A stretch of DNA of 64,000 nt. Origin: Hyphochytrium catenoides (Eukaryota > Protista > Hyphochytriomycota). Numbering within the stretch: the stretch's first letter is position 1; every line of letters starts with the position of its first letter. The notes below the pieces were generated by a model. The model worked only from the letters and a program-made list of their open reading frames with translations, ran no database searches and was not told the origin of the DNA. Where the stretch lies: positions 242 to 64,241 of the forward strand of contig FLMG01003887.1 in assembly GCA_900088475.1 (NCBI GenBank), read 5' to 3'. Below, piece by piece: positions 23,270 through 35,565 of the stretch. The position numbers were made by a program, and so were the translations under genes.

Positions 23270-24270
23270 AGAGTCCTCAACGGAATAGCTGGAAGCAGGG
23301 CACAGGTTCTCGGCACTGTCACGGAAAATCCACTCGGTAAGCGGGGCATCGGGTGACGATGAGGCCGAAGCAATGTTGCTTGCTCTTCTCGCTTAAGAAG
23401 ATGCGTGTCAGGATGGAGAGACAGAGAGAGCATCACGCGGGCGAGAAGGATGTTGATTATAGAGAAGAAGGAAGTACAAAGCGGAAGAGATAGAGACGAA
23501 TGGCAGGGACACACCCTTCGAGAACGTATCACTTATTCGGAGAAGTGTGAAGAAAAAGCTGCATAAGGAGACTTAGAAAATAGAAGAGCGACGCGAAGAG
23601 GGCCAACGTTTCAGCTTCAACATGGCAAACAAAAATTTTTGGAGCGCCATAGCCCTTTACGGGGCAAAATTGATGAAGAAGGCGGAGAGGAAAGCGAGAG
23701 ACAGAGTTAAAAGTAGGAGATCCTACCCTCCTCTTCACTCTTGTTGATGTGACAGACTCGCAGGGCGCTGCCAGAATCATCCACTGGAGACGTAGAGTGA
23801 ATGAGTGTGGAGGTTGACAAAATAGCATCCCCCCCCGCCCAAAAAAAAAAGAGAAAGAAAGAGAGAGGAGAGCTCAGTCGCCAAAAAACAGAGAATCAAA
23901 GATAAAGAGTGAAAGAGACAGAGAGAGAGAGAGAGACAGAGAGAGATGCGAGAGAAGTAGAGAATTTGCAAAATTGTATCAAGCAAAGAAGAGAGAGGGC
24001 GGTTGAGGCCTGGGTTAGAGTCCCTACCGTCACAGACGAGAAGGAGGTCGCAATCACTGTCAGAAAGGTGGGAGACAGAGGAAGAGTAGAGAGAGTTGTC
24101 TCCGCCTCTCTCTCTTCGGCGGACCAGAAGTGAACCTTTTTGAACATTGTTCATCGTCTTCCCCGCTAAGGTCCCTACGTAGCAAGAGTAGATGGGGTTA
24201 GGGAGCAGGAAAGTTGTGGGTTCCTAGAGGGATGACCCGCAGAAGGACTCGACAGGGTAGGCATAGAGGA

Positions 24271-24364
24271 AAGAAAGAGAGAGAGAGCGAGAATGAGAAA
24301 GAGAGAGAGAGAAAGAGAGAGAGACAGAGAGACAGAGAGAGAGAGAGAGAGAGAATGAGAAAGA

Positions 24365-24418
<54 letters not shown>

Positions 24419-24421
24419 AAG
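24271..24421. repeat. (GA)n-rich microsatellite; representative of dozens of CT/GA tracts (e.g. 27105-27245, 30299-30339, 47295-47385, 49510-49630, 59885-60095)
   Basis: Directly visible dinucleotide runs, mostly intronic or intergenic. Confidence 0.97.
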
Positions 24422-26659
24422 AGGCTAGTCTCTCCACAGTTTAACCCGGCCTCTCGCTTCTAGACAACAGACATCGCCCGAGGACAAGGCAGAAGCCGCG
24501 TAGAGGAAAGGTCCATCTTTATCTCCTCCAGTCTCCGTAGGCTGCTAACCTCCGGCTCCTGCAGCGACGGTGGACGGAGGCGAGCCCGCCTGTGCGTCGG
24601 ACGAAAGGTTACTCTCCATCCTCCTTTCTCCTTCTTCCTCTCTTCCGCTCCTGAGCTTCAGGCTGCACTCCAAGCTCTTGTGCCTCTGTCTGTGTCTCTC
24701 TCTGTTCGCTGTCTCTCTCTTCTGTCTCTTATCATCCTTCTCTCTCTCACTCTCTCTCTCACTCTCTCTGTCTGTCTCTCTGTCTGAAAATCTTTATTAC
24801 CCGAAGATCTTCAGAATCTCTGTGCCCCACCCCTGTACATCCATCGTGCGTACATGTAGTGCCGAACTTCGTTGTAAATATAGTACGAGTAGATTATTTA
24901 GCGTTGCTGACTGTACAGGTTGCCGTTAGCCGATAGCATAGCAAAAGAGATAACCTCCAGGAGCGGAAACAACCAAACGTCACTACTCTCTCTTTCTGAC
25001 GCCCAGCAGCGCTCCTACCGCTGGTGCCGCTGCAGCGCGCCGCCACCACCAATCGTCGTCACCTTCTCCCGCCCCTGCAGTCGCCGACGTCCTCCTACTT
25101 GCTGGTACTTCTGCTTCTTTCTATTACTCCGAGAGAGGGTTATACTTTTTCTGTGCAACCCATGAATGTAAAACTCTCCGATGAAAAGAGAACATCTTCG
25201 TCAACCCCCTCCTCCTCGTTTCTCCATCATAAGAGCACCTAGCTCGCTCGTTATCTCAGCAGCAGAAGCCGACATATTGTCTCACATTATGCGTAAATTT
25301 CTTCCGGATAAGGAAAGCACTTTATTGAGAAGGAACTTCCATGATGCTGAATAGCCCTGCTGCCATCATGGATCTCGTCAAACCGTGCAGGCATGTTGTG
25401 GATAAAAATGTCCCCACCCAAACACACGGCGGCATCAGAACACCAGGTTCACGGTGAAGTTTGAGCGTGGAGTCGCACTTGTGGCCTCGTTTTACAATGA
25501 GCTCTGTAATGGTAAGGAGGACGGCGGCGGCTGCAGGAGCTGAAGGAAGTGACAATTAGGATGATCGATGCGTCATCATCGGCAGCAGCAGCAGCAACGG
25601 CGAGCGCTTCTTGTTTTGTTGTTTGGTGGAGCAAAGTGAACACTCCCTGATGGTGGTGGAGGAGGGGTTGCTGTATGTATGTATGGCTTTTATACAACTC
25701 GAGAAATCAAAAGTTCAAAGCAAGTTCATGGGCACACTAGTCAGTTATCAAGTCTGTGATCTCACCCAGATGATCTTTGGGTGTTGGCGTGATGGATGAT
25801 GGGAAAGGGAAGTTCAACTAGCGCCACCCATCCCCTCTCACACAACCTACTGTGCAGTTATAAACCCACATGTCCTATATGGTTCATGACGTACGGCCAA
25901 TACCACTACAAGACTGCTCACACACATCTAAACGGCAAACGCGCGTACTGCAGTAGTGTCCAGAAAGCCTCCCACCCATCCTCCCATCCCCAAAAGTCAT
26001 GATCTATCTTTACCTTCACTTTCTTGGCGACATCAGAGGAGGCCCTGTTTCCTGCTTCTCTCTCTCCTCTTCCCTCTCTTTCTCTCTCTCACTCCCCTCC
26101 CCCCCCCTCTTNNNNNNNNNNNNNNNNNNTCTCTCTCTCTCTCTTCTCTCTTGTCTTTCTTCTCTCCTCTATTAGGTCAAGCAGCAGGGCATCAGTTCAG
26201 TATGCTCGCCCATCACCCATCACCCCCCTCCCTCCCGGCCCCGTGAGGATGCGACGCTACTGATCAAGGAGTTTCCCTTCTCTGCTTCTCTATTTCTTTC
26301 TCTCTCCCCAGTATTCCCTGTCTGTCTCTCTCTCTTTCCCGTGCCCATTCCGATGGTCCTCCTCCTTGGTTCATGCATGATATAGAGTGCCGCCAACATA
26401 GAAGACTATCAAGGGAGAGAGGAAAGCGAGGTAGAGGAAGAGAGAGCCGATGACGAGAGCAACATTCACGAGGAAAGCAGCGTAAACTCTGCCCTTCCCA
26501 TCTTTCACGTACTGTCTCTCTCTTGACATTCGCCAATTTTCCTCTCGTCTCGCTTGTGGTCGCCGCCGTTCTTAGGGCAAAAGCGGGAGACAAGGTTCAG
26601 AGGCAAGGGCGCGGAAGAGAAAGGAGAGGGAACCAGTAGGAAAAGCTCGAATATTAACT

Positions 26660-27952
26660 ATGAGAGAACGCGTGAAGAAGTCGAGCGATGATCTCAAGCA
26701 GCAGAATGCCGCCCCAACTTCTCTCTCTCTTGCCTCTTCTGCCGGAGGGTCAATGCTCTATCCTAAGCTAGTCTTTATGTTCTACTACGGCGGCATGGCC
26801 CTTGTTGCTCCTTATTTTAACCTCTTCTATAAGTCGAAAGGGTTGTCAGGGCAGCAGATTGGCATTCTTCTCTCTCTCTCTCCATTTATTGGTATGGTGG
26901 CAGCGCCTACTCTCTCTGCTCTGGCAGACAGGAGTGGCAAGCGACAGCTTGTTCTCTCTCTCTGCATCGTTATCTCCTGCTCGATGCGCATGGTGCAGAG
27001 CATGACCAATGATTTCTATCAGTTAATGCTGCTCGTGGTCTGTGGAGAACTTGCTGGATCAGGAGTGGGGCCTATCATCGATGCCAGTACGTGTCGACCT
27101 CCCCTCTCTTTCTCTCTCTGTCTCTCTTGCTCTCTGTCTCTCTCTCCGTCTCGATTCTCTCTCTCTCTCTCTATTTCTGTCTCTCTCTCTCTCTATTTCT
27201 CTCTTTCTCTTTCTCTCTCTCTCTCTCTCTCCTCTGTCTTTCTCTTCCTGGCTCCTGTAGAGAATGGCTCTCTGTCTCTCACTTCTGTGGGTTTGGTCTC
27301 ACCTTTGAATGCTAAAACTAGGGTCATGGTCTTTCTCTCTCTTCATTATCTGAAACGTTTCTTGATGTATGCTGAGTTTCTTCATCAGAAAGGCTCTTTT
27401 CCACCCATTTAGGATGTCTCTTCCGGATGGTTATACCTGTTAACGTTTTCTTTGTCTTCCCCTCATTCCATATCTCTTGCCTTTCTCTCTCACTCTCTAT
27501 CACACACTCTCACACGCGCTCTCTCTCTCTCTCTCTCTCTCACTCTCTCTGTTCTAAGTCACGTACAGCCTTCTAGATAACCCTGAAGACTATGGAAAGT
27601 CCCGTCTCTTTGCCTCCATTGGCTGGGGCGGACTGGCTCCGTTAGCTGGGAGCATCATCGCGAGAGAAGGAGTGGAGAAAATGTTCCCTATCCAGGCCAT
27701 TGTTCTCTCTTTGGCCATCTTCTTCGTCATGAGGTAGGAAAGAAGAGAGGGAGAGAAGAGGGAAACAATGATTCTCTCTCTCTCTCAGTCTCTCTCGGTC
27801 TTGCTCTCTCTCTCTCTGAGTGCGTCTGTGTCTCTCTCCTCTATTGAATTGACTTAAGAAGCAGATGTTTACATCATCAGTGAATCACAGACGTGGCCAA
27901 CACGGCGTGTGTCCCTCTCTCTTTCTTATTGCGAGTTTGGTCCCTGCCTCTC

Positions 27953-27983
<31 letters not shown>

Positions 27984-29470
27984 CCCTTCGTTACCTCTCT
28001 CTTCCTCTTCCGTTTTCTCTCCCTCTCTCTCCCTCATATCTGCCTCTCTATCTGCCAGAATCCCCTCATCCAATCCAAAGCCTCCGACGAGCCCAACGGC
28101 CTCAGCCTCGCAGGCAGTAGATGGCAGAGCAGGAGAAGCTCCTCCAGCTCCACAGGGAGGACTTGTCGCAGAGCTGCTCCCCATCGTCAGAAAGCCAACC
28201 AACAAATTGTTCTTCTGTCTCGCGCTGGCACTAGGGATCACAGGGGTGAGAACACTTCTTCATCCTCCTTTCCCACAACACTCTCTCTCCCTTTTCCTTC
28301 TCTCTTTTGATGTCTTCTCTCCTCAAACATGTCCGCTCTCTTGATACATTTGACCCTCTCTCTTTCATTCTTTCCACTTCGTCCTTTCTATCTCTCCTTC
28401 TGTCTCTAAAGCCCGCTTGCTCTTTTCTCCCCTCTCTCTCTCTCTCCTTCGCTATATCCTCTTTCTCTCGCTGTCTCTCTCTCTTACATTCTCTCCTGTC
28501 GGTTCTCTCCATGGCAGGGTTTTATCAACGGTACTCTCTTCCTCTATATGGACTCTTTGAAAGCATCGACAGCTGTCATGGGCCTAGGACTCACAGTCAA
28601 CTGCGCTGCAGAGGTAAAGAGAAGACAGGGTGAAAGATGGTTTTATCTCAGAGAAAGGAGAGAGCAAGGACAAGAGAGAGCGTGAACTATCGAGAGAGAA
28701 GTATTTTTAGAGCATCAGAGACAGTTATTAAGACTGACAACAAACAGAGTCAGAGATGAGAAGAGAGCGAGAGAGGGAGAGATGACAGAGAGAGAAAGAG
28801 CGCGAGAGAGAAAGAGAGAGAGACACAGAGAGAGACAAAGAGAGAAACAGTAACCTTAACCTGTTTCTCTATCCTTCGTCCGAATGTTAGGTCGTAATGT
28901 TCTGGATCGCTGGAAAGATCTTGAAGAGATTCTCTGTTCCCTGTCTCCTGACACTTGTCTTCAGCACCTTCGCCTTTCGGATGGCCTATTACTGTCTCAT
29001 ACCTTACCCTTGGCTCATACTTCTAGGTAACAGAGAGAGAGAGAGAGAGAGAGAGTGATAGAGAAAAGAGAAAGAGAGGAAAGATAGAGTATAGGGAGAG
29101 AAGGGAAGTTAGAAGTAGAGAGCACAAGCTAATCAGGGAGAAGAAGGAAAGAACCGATTGGGATAAGTCAGGCATTCGAAGCTAAAGAAGAGAGAGAAAA
29201 GCCTTTGACGCGTAGCTGACTCTCTCTTCCTCCCCCTTCTTTCTCACAGTTGAAAGTTTGAATGGCGTTACCTTTGGCATCGGATGGTCTGCCTGCTCTT
29301 TCTATGTGAATAGCATCTCCCCTCCGCACCTGAAGACGACCATGCAGGGACTTCTGGCAGCAGTAGAGTGGGGCTTTGGGATGGGAGGTGAGAAGAGAGA
29401 GGAAAATGTTTTATAATCTACGTGGCCCCTTCTCTCTCTCTTTGTCTCTGTCTCTCTGTCTCTCTCTCTG

Positions 29471-29503
<33 letters not shown>

Positions 29504-30079
29504 GCTTAACGCTAGGTCCTCTGTCGCCTCGATCTTTGGCTGCCCTGTTCCTGTTTGTCTCCTGTTCAGTCCATCTGTCTTCGAAACTAACCCTTCTGAC
29601 CTCTCTCTCTTTCTCTCTGTTACTGCTCTCCCTCTTTCTCTCTCTCCTATTCTCTATGTGTGTTGTCTCTCTGCCTCGCTCTCTCTCTCTTTCTCACTCC
29701 CATCTCTCTCCTCATATCTCTCTCACTCTGACCAACTCTCTGCCTCCTTTCCGTCTGTGCCATAGTTGGCCTCCTAGTCGGTGGCTCTCTGAACGACCTC
29801 ATTGGGTTCGTCAATGTCTTTTGGGTGGGAGTGCTGGTCAGCTCTTCGGGAGCGCTTCTCTCTCTCTCCTGGTGGACTGCAGAAGGGAAAAAGGCGAAAG
29901 GTCGTCTCTCTCCTTCTCCATCTGTGGCGGATCCAGAGCTCACAGCCAAAGAACTGGATAGCTTTCGCCTTGTGGAGGAGGAGGATAGGGAAGATGAAAG
30001 ATCAGGAAAAGACAGAGAGAAGATGCCTCTCCTAGGCGGTGCAAAAGCTGATGACATAAGGCCTTCCGTACTAGCTTGA
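26660..30079 (+). CDS. Major facilitator superfamily transporter (MFS_1_like / MFSD6-like), multi-exon
   Basis: PKLVFMFYYGGMALVAPYFNLFY...GLSGQQIG...LADRSGKR in exon 1; DYGKSRLFASIGWG (~27585-27630); GINGTLFLYMDSL; VESLNGVTFGIGWS...ISPPHLKTTMQGLL...WGFGMG; last exon GLLVGGSLNDLIG ends at TGA 30079. The start could alternatively be ATG 26753. Confidence 0.9.
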
Positions 30080-30294
30080 CCAGAGGGGCAGAAGAGGGAA
30101 AGAGTTGAGAAGAGCAAAAGAGAGTGAGACGAGAGTGAGACAAAGCTATGAGAGAAAGAGAGAGAAGTCTGTCTCTATGTATAGTAACCTAGTGCAACAT
30201 CCACCTACTCAACCTAGCCCCTTCCGAAGCTCTCTCTCTCTCTTGATTGTCTTTAAGAGCCACCGTCGATGACTATTTCGACCAATGATGGAGG

Positions 30295-30341
<47 letters not shown>

Positions 30342-31097
30342 GGGGACGCCGGCGTTATTCTTCGCAGTCACCTACGCGTCAAAAAGCGGAAGAGAGGCAT
30401 TGACGGATTGGGCGTTTCTGAGGGAGACGGAGAGAGCTTAAGTGTGAGGCCGTAGGTAGAGAAAGAGAGAGGGAGGTCTAACATCCTGCCAGAGAAGGAG
30501 AGGTAAATGATTAATGAAGAAGCCTGAGAATTGTCTCGCAAGGTACTGCCGCGGCCGCTGCCGCTGCACTATTGGCAGATCAACTGCTATATTACTCTCT
30601 TATGGAAGCAACTCTGGGACGACCGAGAGATAATGTACGCGGAAAGAGAGAGAAAGTGAGAAAGGAAACAAGAGAGAGAGAGAGAGAGAAGAGAGTCGCG
30701 CAAGAAGTGTGTAAAAAGCCAAATTGTTCTTGGCTCGCGCTGTCTCAACTTCCGTTTGGGCACAAATCTCTCTGCCAAACTCCGCTTCCTACTCTACTCT
30801 TTCTCTTCTCACTGCATAAACGTCTCTTCACTGCTCTTCGCTTTCCCTTGACCCTCTCCCTATGAGATGGCCAGTAGGCGGGACGTTGGTATGCCCTTTC
30901 CGCCATCAGCTCCTTTCTACGGCACCTATTAGGCCATTAATATCAAGCCTTGTGGACGCTGTGCGCCTCCGCCTTTGAGAAGTAAAGAGGATGATCTGGC
31001 CGCTTATGTCCTTGCTCTCATTCTCTGTGCTCATTGCGTTGACAAGCTTTTTATCCTCTCTCTCTCTCTCTCGTCGTCCGGACCCTCTCTCTCTTTA

Positions 31098-31472
31098 TCA
31101 GGAGAGAGGACTGCCTCCTCCCATAGGGTTCTTCTCTAGGTCCACCGACCAGTCTCCTGCTTGCTCTCTTAGGCTCGTGTACTTCCGGAGCTGGTCAATA
31201 CCTCGCACAGCTGTGTCTCTTTGTTGTTCCAACTTCTTTGGATCTGTCTCGTGCATGTTTGCTCTGAATTCTGTGGGAAGCGAAGAGAGAACGGAAGTGG
31301 CCATCAGCAGACGGAACAGAGAAAAAAGAAGAGAAAGAGGGAGTGATCCTTAAGGGCGAAAGAGGATCAGCAGGTGAAACGAAGTCCACTGGGACCGTGA
31401 GACAGCAGCAACTAGGAGTGCGAAGGAGTAATGGAGCCAGAGAGACAAAGATTAACCGGAGAAAGAAAGAAA

Positions 31473-31513
<41 letters not shown>

Positions 31514-31698
31514 AGAGAGTTCGAGATAACTTGTGTCTGAGGAGAGGAAGGGAAGAGGGCCGTAGATACCAAGTACCATGACAGAGAGAGACCGATCAAA
31601 TCTCTTGCTAGGGAGGAAAGAGATATAGAGCTCATAAACATAGTTGAGTGCTCGGACAAACACTAGCAGTCAGAGGCATGAGAGAGAGAGCGAGAGAG

Positions 31699-31740
<42 letters not shown>

Positions 31741-31982
31741 GGAGAGAGAGACAGACTCTGAGAGGCCAAAGCCTCCGTTCTCGTTGCACAAACCGGCAGC
31801 GGGTACTTTAGAAATTGACAGAGGAGGACAATGAGAGAGCAGCGACCAAGAAAGGACTGACCTATTTTGATGTCCTCGATGATGGCGTTCCTTTTCACGC
31901 TGGGAAAGTGCTTAGCGAGCTTCAGAAGCTCTCGATAGACTGACCGCATCTGCTGCGGAGTCATTGAAGAGTAGGGACCCAT
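31098..31982 (-). CDS. LYR-motif (Complex1_LYR) small mitochondrial protein, two exons (31982-31862, 31270-31098)
   Basis: The phase-1 GT-AG join gives MGPYSSMTPQQMRSVYRELLKLAKHFPSVKRNAIIEDIKI-EFRANMHETDPKKLEQQRDTAVRGIDQLRKY..., with the VYR..L motif and the downstream EFR. Confidence 0.88.
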
Positions 31983-33370
31983 AGATCACACTGGCTCCCA
32001 GTTCACTTCGCTGTCTTAGGCAAGAGTATCTGCTAGAAGGGCCCTCTGCGCTGCGACACAGACTCTCTCTTTCACTGACTCTTAGTGCTCTCCTCCGCCA
32101 GCTAAGCCCGTACTTCCTTGTTCGAGCTGCTAATAGAGAGGAAGGGAGATAGACAGCCACTGCCACTCAAACAACCCAGATCTTTAAAGCCTCTTCCACG
32201 GTTTGCAGATCTTCGTACGCCATCTGCAGATTTTACTTTCAGAATCTGCAGATTCTTATCCAAAGATGTGCGTACAATTGTAAAGTGCGAAGACCTTTAA
32301 TAGAAAAGAGATACTCCATAAATCTATAGCACGCACTATGGCTGCAGTCAGAATGTGCGCGCGGCATCGCAGGGAAAAGTACAAGTAATTAAAGACTGGC
32401 AAGGTAGGCTCTTGAGTGGGCTGTAAAATGTGCGGACTCCCCACGGAAGAGTAACTCTTACTATACAAGCCACTGCAGCCTCTGCTACATTCCAGAGAGA
32501 AAGCACGCGCGAGCCAGAGTGACGAGGATCAAGACAGAAGAGAGTGTAGAGTGTGAAGAGCAGTGCGGAGATGCTGAAGAGATATAAGTCTTGGCATCAT
32601 TATTCCTCTCCTCCCTCATACGCAGTTCAGATACATGAAGATAAGCTCTTTCTCTCTCTCTCACTTTCTCCGAGTCCGCTACGCTTTGCTTCCCATCCGT
32701 GTTCTCTATCCAACGCAAGCGAAGACGTTGCTTTAGCACGACTCGAAAGAGAGTGGCTTCAACAAGAAGAGTACGCCTTGAAAAAGGGACGACAGGTGCT
32801 GGAGGAGGAGCACTAAGCCCGGACAGAGGTTCCGACGCCGTCCCTTTCCAACGCATGATTGAAGAACTGAATGCATTAATGTGAGACAGAGAGACAGATC
32901 AGCAGCCCTTCTTCCATACAGTCCATGGAACCTCGAGGTCAGGTATAAAGACGGGGAATTGAAAGAGAGGTGAAAGAAGAGAGGGAAGTTGATGCATTAT
33001 ATTGCTAATAACAAGTAAGAACGCCCTAGATGATCTTCATCTCTCTTTGCAGGACATGCTCACTCGCGGCGACGGGATTGGCTACCAGTTAAGTATGTAG
33101 AGAGAGAGAGAGAGCGAAAGAGAGAGAGAGAGAGAGAGAGAGAAGGCGGGAGAAAAAGCGACGGAGAGTCGTGTAAGCTTCTGGAAGTCAAGATAGAGGC
33201 GATTCAGACAAAATTGGACAGATGCAGACGGCCCCGGGAGTGAAGCGAAGTATACAAAGATAGGAGTAGGACCGTGTAAAGGTCCCGGGAGGGAGCCGTG
33301 CAGCCTAGAAAAAGAATAAGGGACGAAGGGCGACTTGACAGAAAAGCAGGAGCTGGTCTTCTCTTCTTTC

Positions 33371-35528
33371 TCACCTGCGATCCTGGGGCTCTTCTCTTCC
33401 TTTGGGAGTTGGACCTCGGCGGTCTTCCTCTCTCCGTGGCGCTCTTTCATCCTTCCTGCCACCGATGTGAGGAGAGGAACTAGTGCCAGAGCGGTTTACG
33501 GTGGATGAGGAAGAAGAGGGAGGATAGTCCGTCCGGTCTCCTCTTTCCCTTTCTCCTTCTCTCTCTCTCCCTGACCCTGGCATCATCTTCGGCCTTTTAT
33601 TTTGCGGCTCGTCCCCTCTGTTTCCCTCAGCAGGCGGCGACTGGGCAGGGAGAGGTCGAGCTCTCTCGCTTGCCCTTCTCTGCTTCTCAGCCTCAAGTCT
33701 CTTCCTGTTTTCTTCAATCACTTCCTTCCTGGACCTCTGACGCGGCGCAGGAGGTGTAGAAGCTGCCACGGGAGAGGGTCCAGAAGAGAGAGGAGGTGTC
33801 CGGGAGGAGGGAACAGGGAGAGGAGAGGGTCGAGAGCTTGATGGAGGTGGATGCCGCGAGCCCTCTGGGTTGCGAACAGGAAGAGGAGGAGGAACTCTTT
33901 GGGGGAGAGTGGGAGGAGAAGGAAGGAGTCCAGCTCCCTCTCTCTCTCTCGGAGGGGCTGCTGTAGATGTTACACCTGCCTCCTCCCGTCGCCGCTTAAC
34001 TTTGATCGGCTCTTCCGCCTGTTCCGTCCCTCCCCCTGCTGACATCCCGTCTCTCTCTCGCTGCTGCTCTCTTTCTCGCTTCCTCGCTTGACTAGAAGAG
34101 CTCTGGCTTTCCCTCTCCCCACGGCCTGGTGGAGCATCGCCCCCACTTCCTCCTCTCCCACTCTCAGACCGGTTGAGACTTATTACTTTACCTCCAGCTG
34201 CGGACGAAGAGGGCGGGGGCGATGACCGAGGGTTTTCACGGGAGAGAGGCCTTTCCCGTCCTCTCTCTTTGGCCTTGTCCGCCCCAACTGCCGCCTCTCC
34301 TTCTCTCTCTGCCCTGCCGCGCTCTCGGGGTAGTGAAGAAGAGTGAGCAGGCGCCGCGCCTGCATCTCTGCCTTTCTCTCTATCCCGAGGCGGAGGATGA
34401 TCTCTCGCCGAGTCTCGGGCAATGCCTCTGCTACCATCTCTTTCCCTCTCTCCTCTTCCGGCGCCATCTGCACTTCCCTTTTGATCACTGGTGGCTCTTC
34501 TCCTTTCTTCCTCCCTGCCCTCTGCGCCAGGCCTTCGCTCATGCGCCGAGGTAGAGGCTGACCTTCTAGAAGAGACAGAAGAATCTTTCTCTTCTCTGGC
34601 CTCTGGCCGTGCAGCGGAGGATGATAGGGAGCGAGAAGTGGGAGGCGCGGGAGAACTTCTCCTCGCTTGGCTGGAGTCAGCTCTGCGTGGGCTCCTACTC
34701 CGGACAGGAGAATCTTCTGGAGGGCGACTGCCTGAACGTCGGAGCGAGGAAGCATCTCTGTCTCCTCTCTCTCCACCTCCACGTGCAGCGGAGGAAGATC
34801 GGGATATCTCTGTACTTCTCTCTCTTTGTCCTCTCTCCGGAGATCGTCCTCTCACTGGAGACTTGGACGGAGGTCGAGATTGTGAGTTAGACCGCGAGCT
34901 CGTGCCAGTGGGAGGAGGGAGAGAGGAAGAAGGCGCATCTGCCGCTGCAGATGCCTGAGACTTTGGCAGCGGAGGTGGAAGTCCGTCATCTCTCAGTGTT
35001 GGCTTCTGTTTCTGGAGAAGGGCCCAATACCTGTTGGCCATGACCTTGAGATCCTCTCTCTCTTCTTCTCTCAGCTTGTTCACTTTCTGCTCTATCTCTG
35101 CCTCCATCCTCGTTGTAGACGGAAATTCTTCCACAATCTTAGTTAGCACTATCAGACTGTTTCTAATGTCCATGTATTCGGCAGACTGCAGGCTTTTGCA
35201 GAAGAACTGAACGAGAGAGCGGTGCCATCGTATAGCAACCTTAGCAAACCGCTCATATTCTACCTTTTTGCTATTGGGGTTGCCAAAGTCTTCACAGAAT
35301 CCTGGCCTTCCGCCGGCCGTGCACTCCTTCACATAGTCTTTCTTAGACTTCGTCCAGCGGTTCATCATTTGTAAGGTTTCCCGGAGGAAGAGCCCAAGGT
35401 TGGAGGCTTCTCTTTCGGTGCAGCAGAGGAGGGTGCGAACAACCTAAAGGAGGAGACGGTTGTTAGAGAGACGGAGAGGTAGAAGTTGTTTGAATGAGAG
35501 TGATAAAGACAGTTGAAAGCTACCAGAG

Positions 35529-35565
<37 letters not shown>

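Noticed and set aside
23777-24929. Many ORFs rich in SLSLSL or RERERE here and throughout the window
   Set aside because: They are translations of (CT)n/(GA)n microsatellites, which lack stop codons in any frame.
32553-32816. Small + strand ORF ending LARLEREWLQQEEYALKKGRQVLEEEH
   Set aside because: The helical tail looks coding, but I could not build a convincing start or splice model or recognise a family.
33505-34958. Antisense ORFs over the THOC2 last large exon
   Set aside because: Shadow frames of a low-complexity R/S/E/P-rich coding region.
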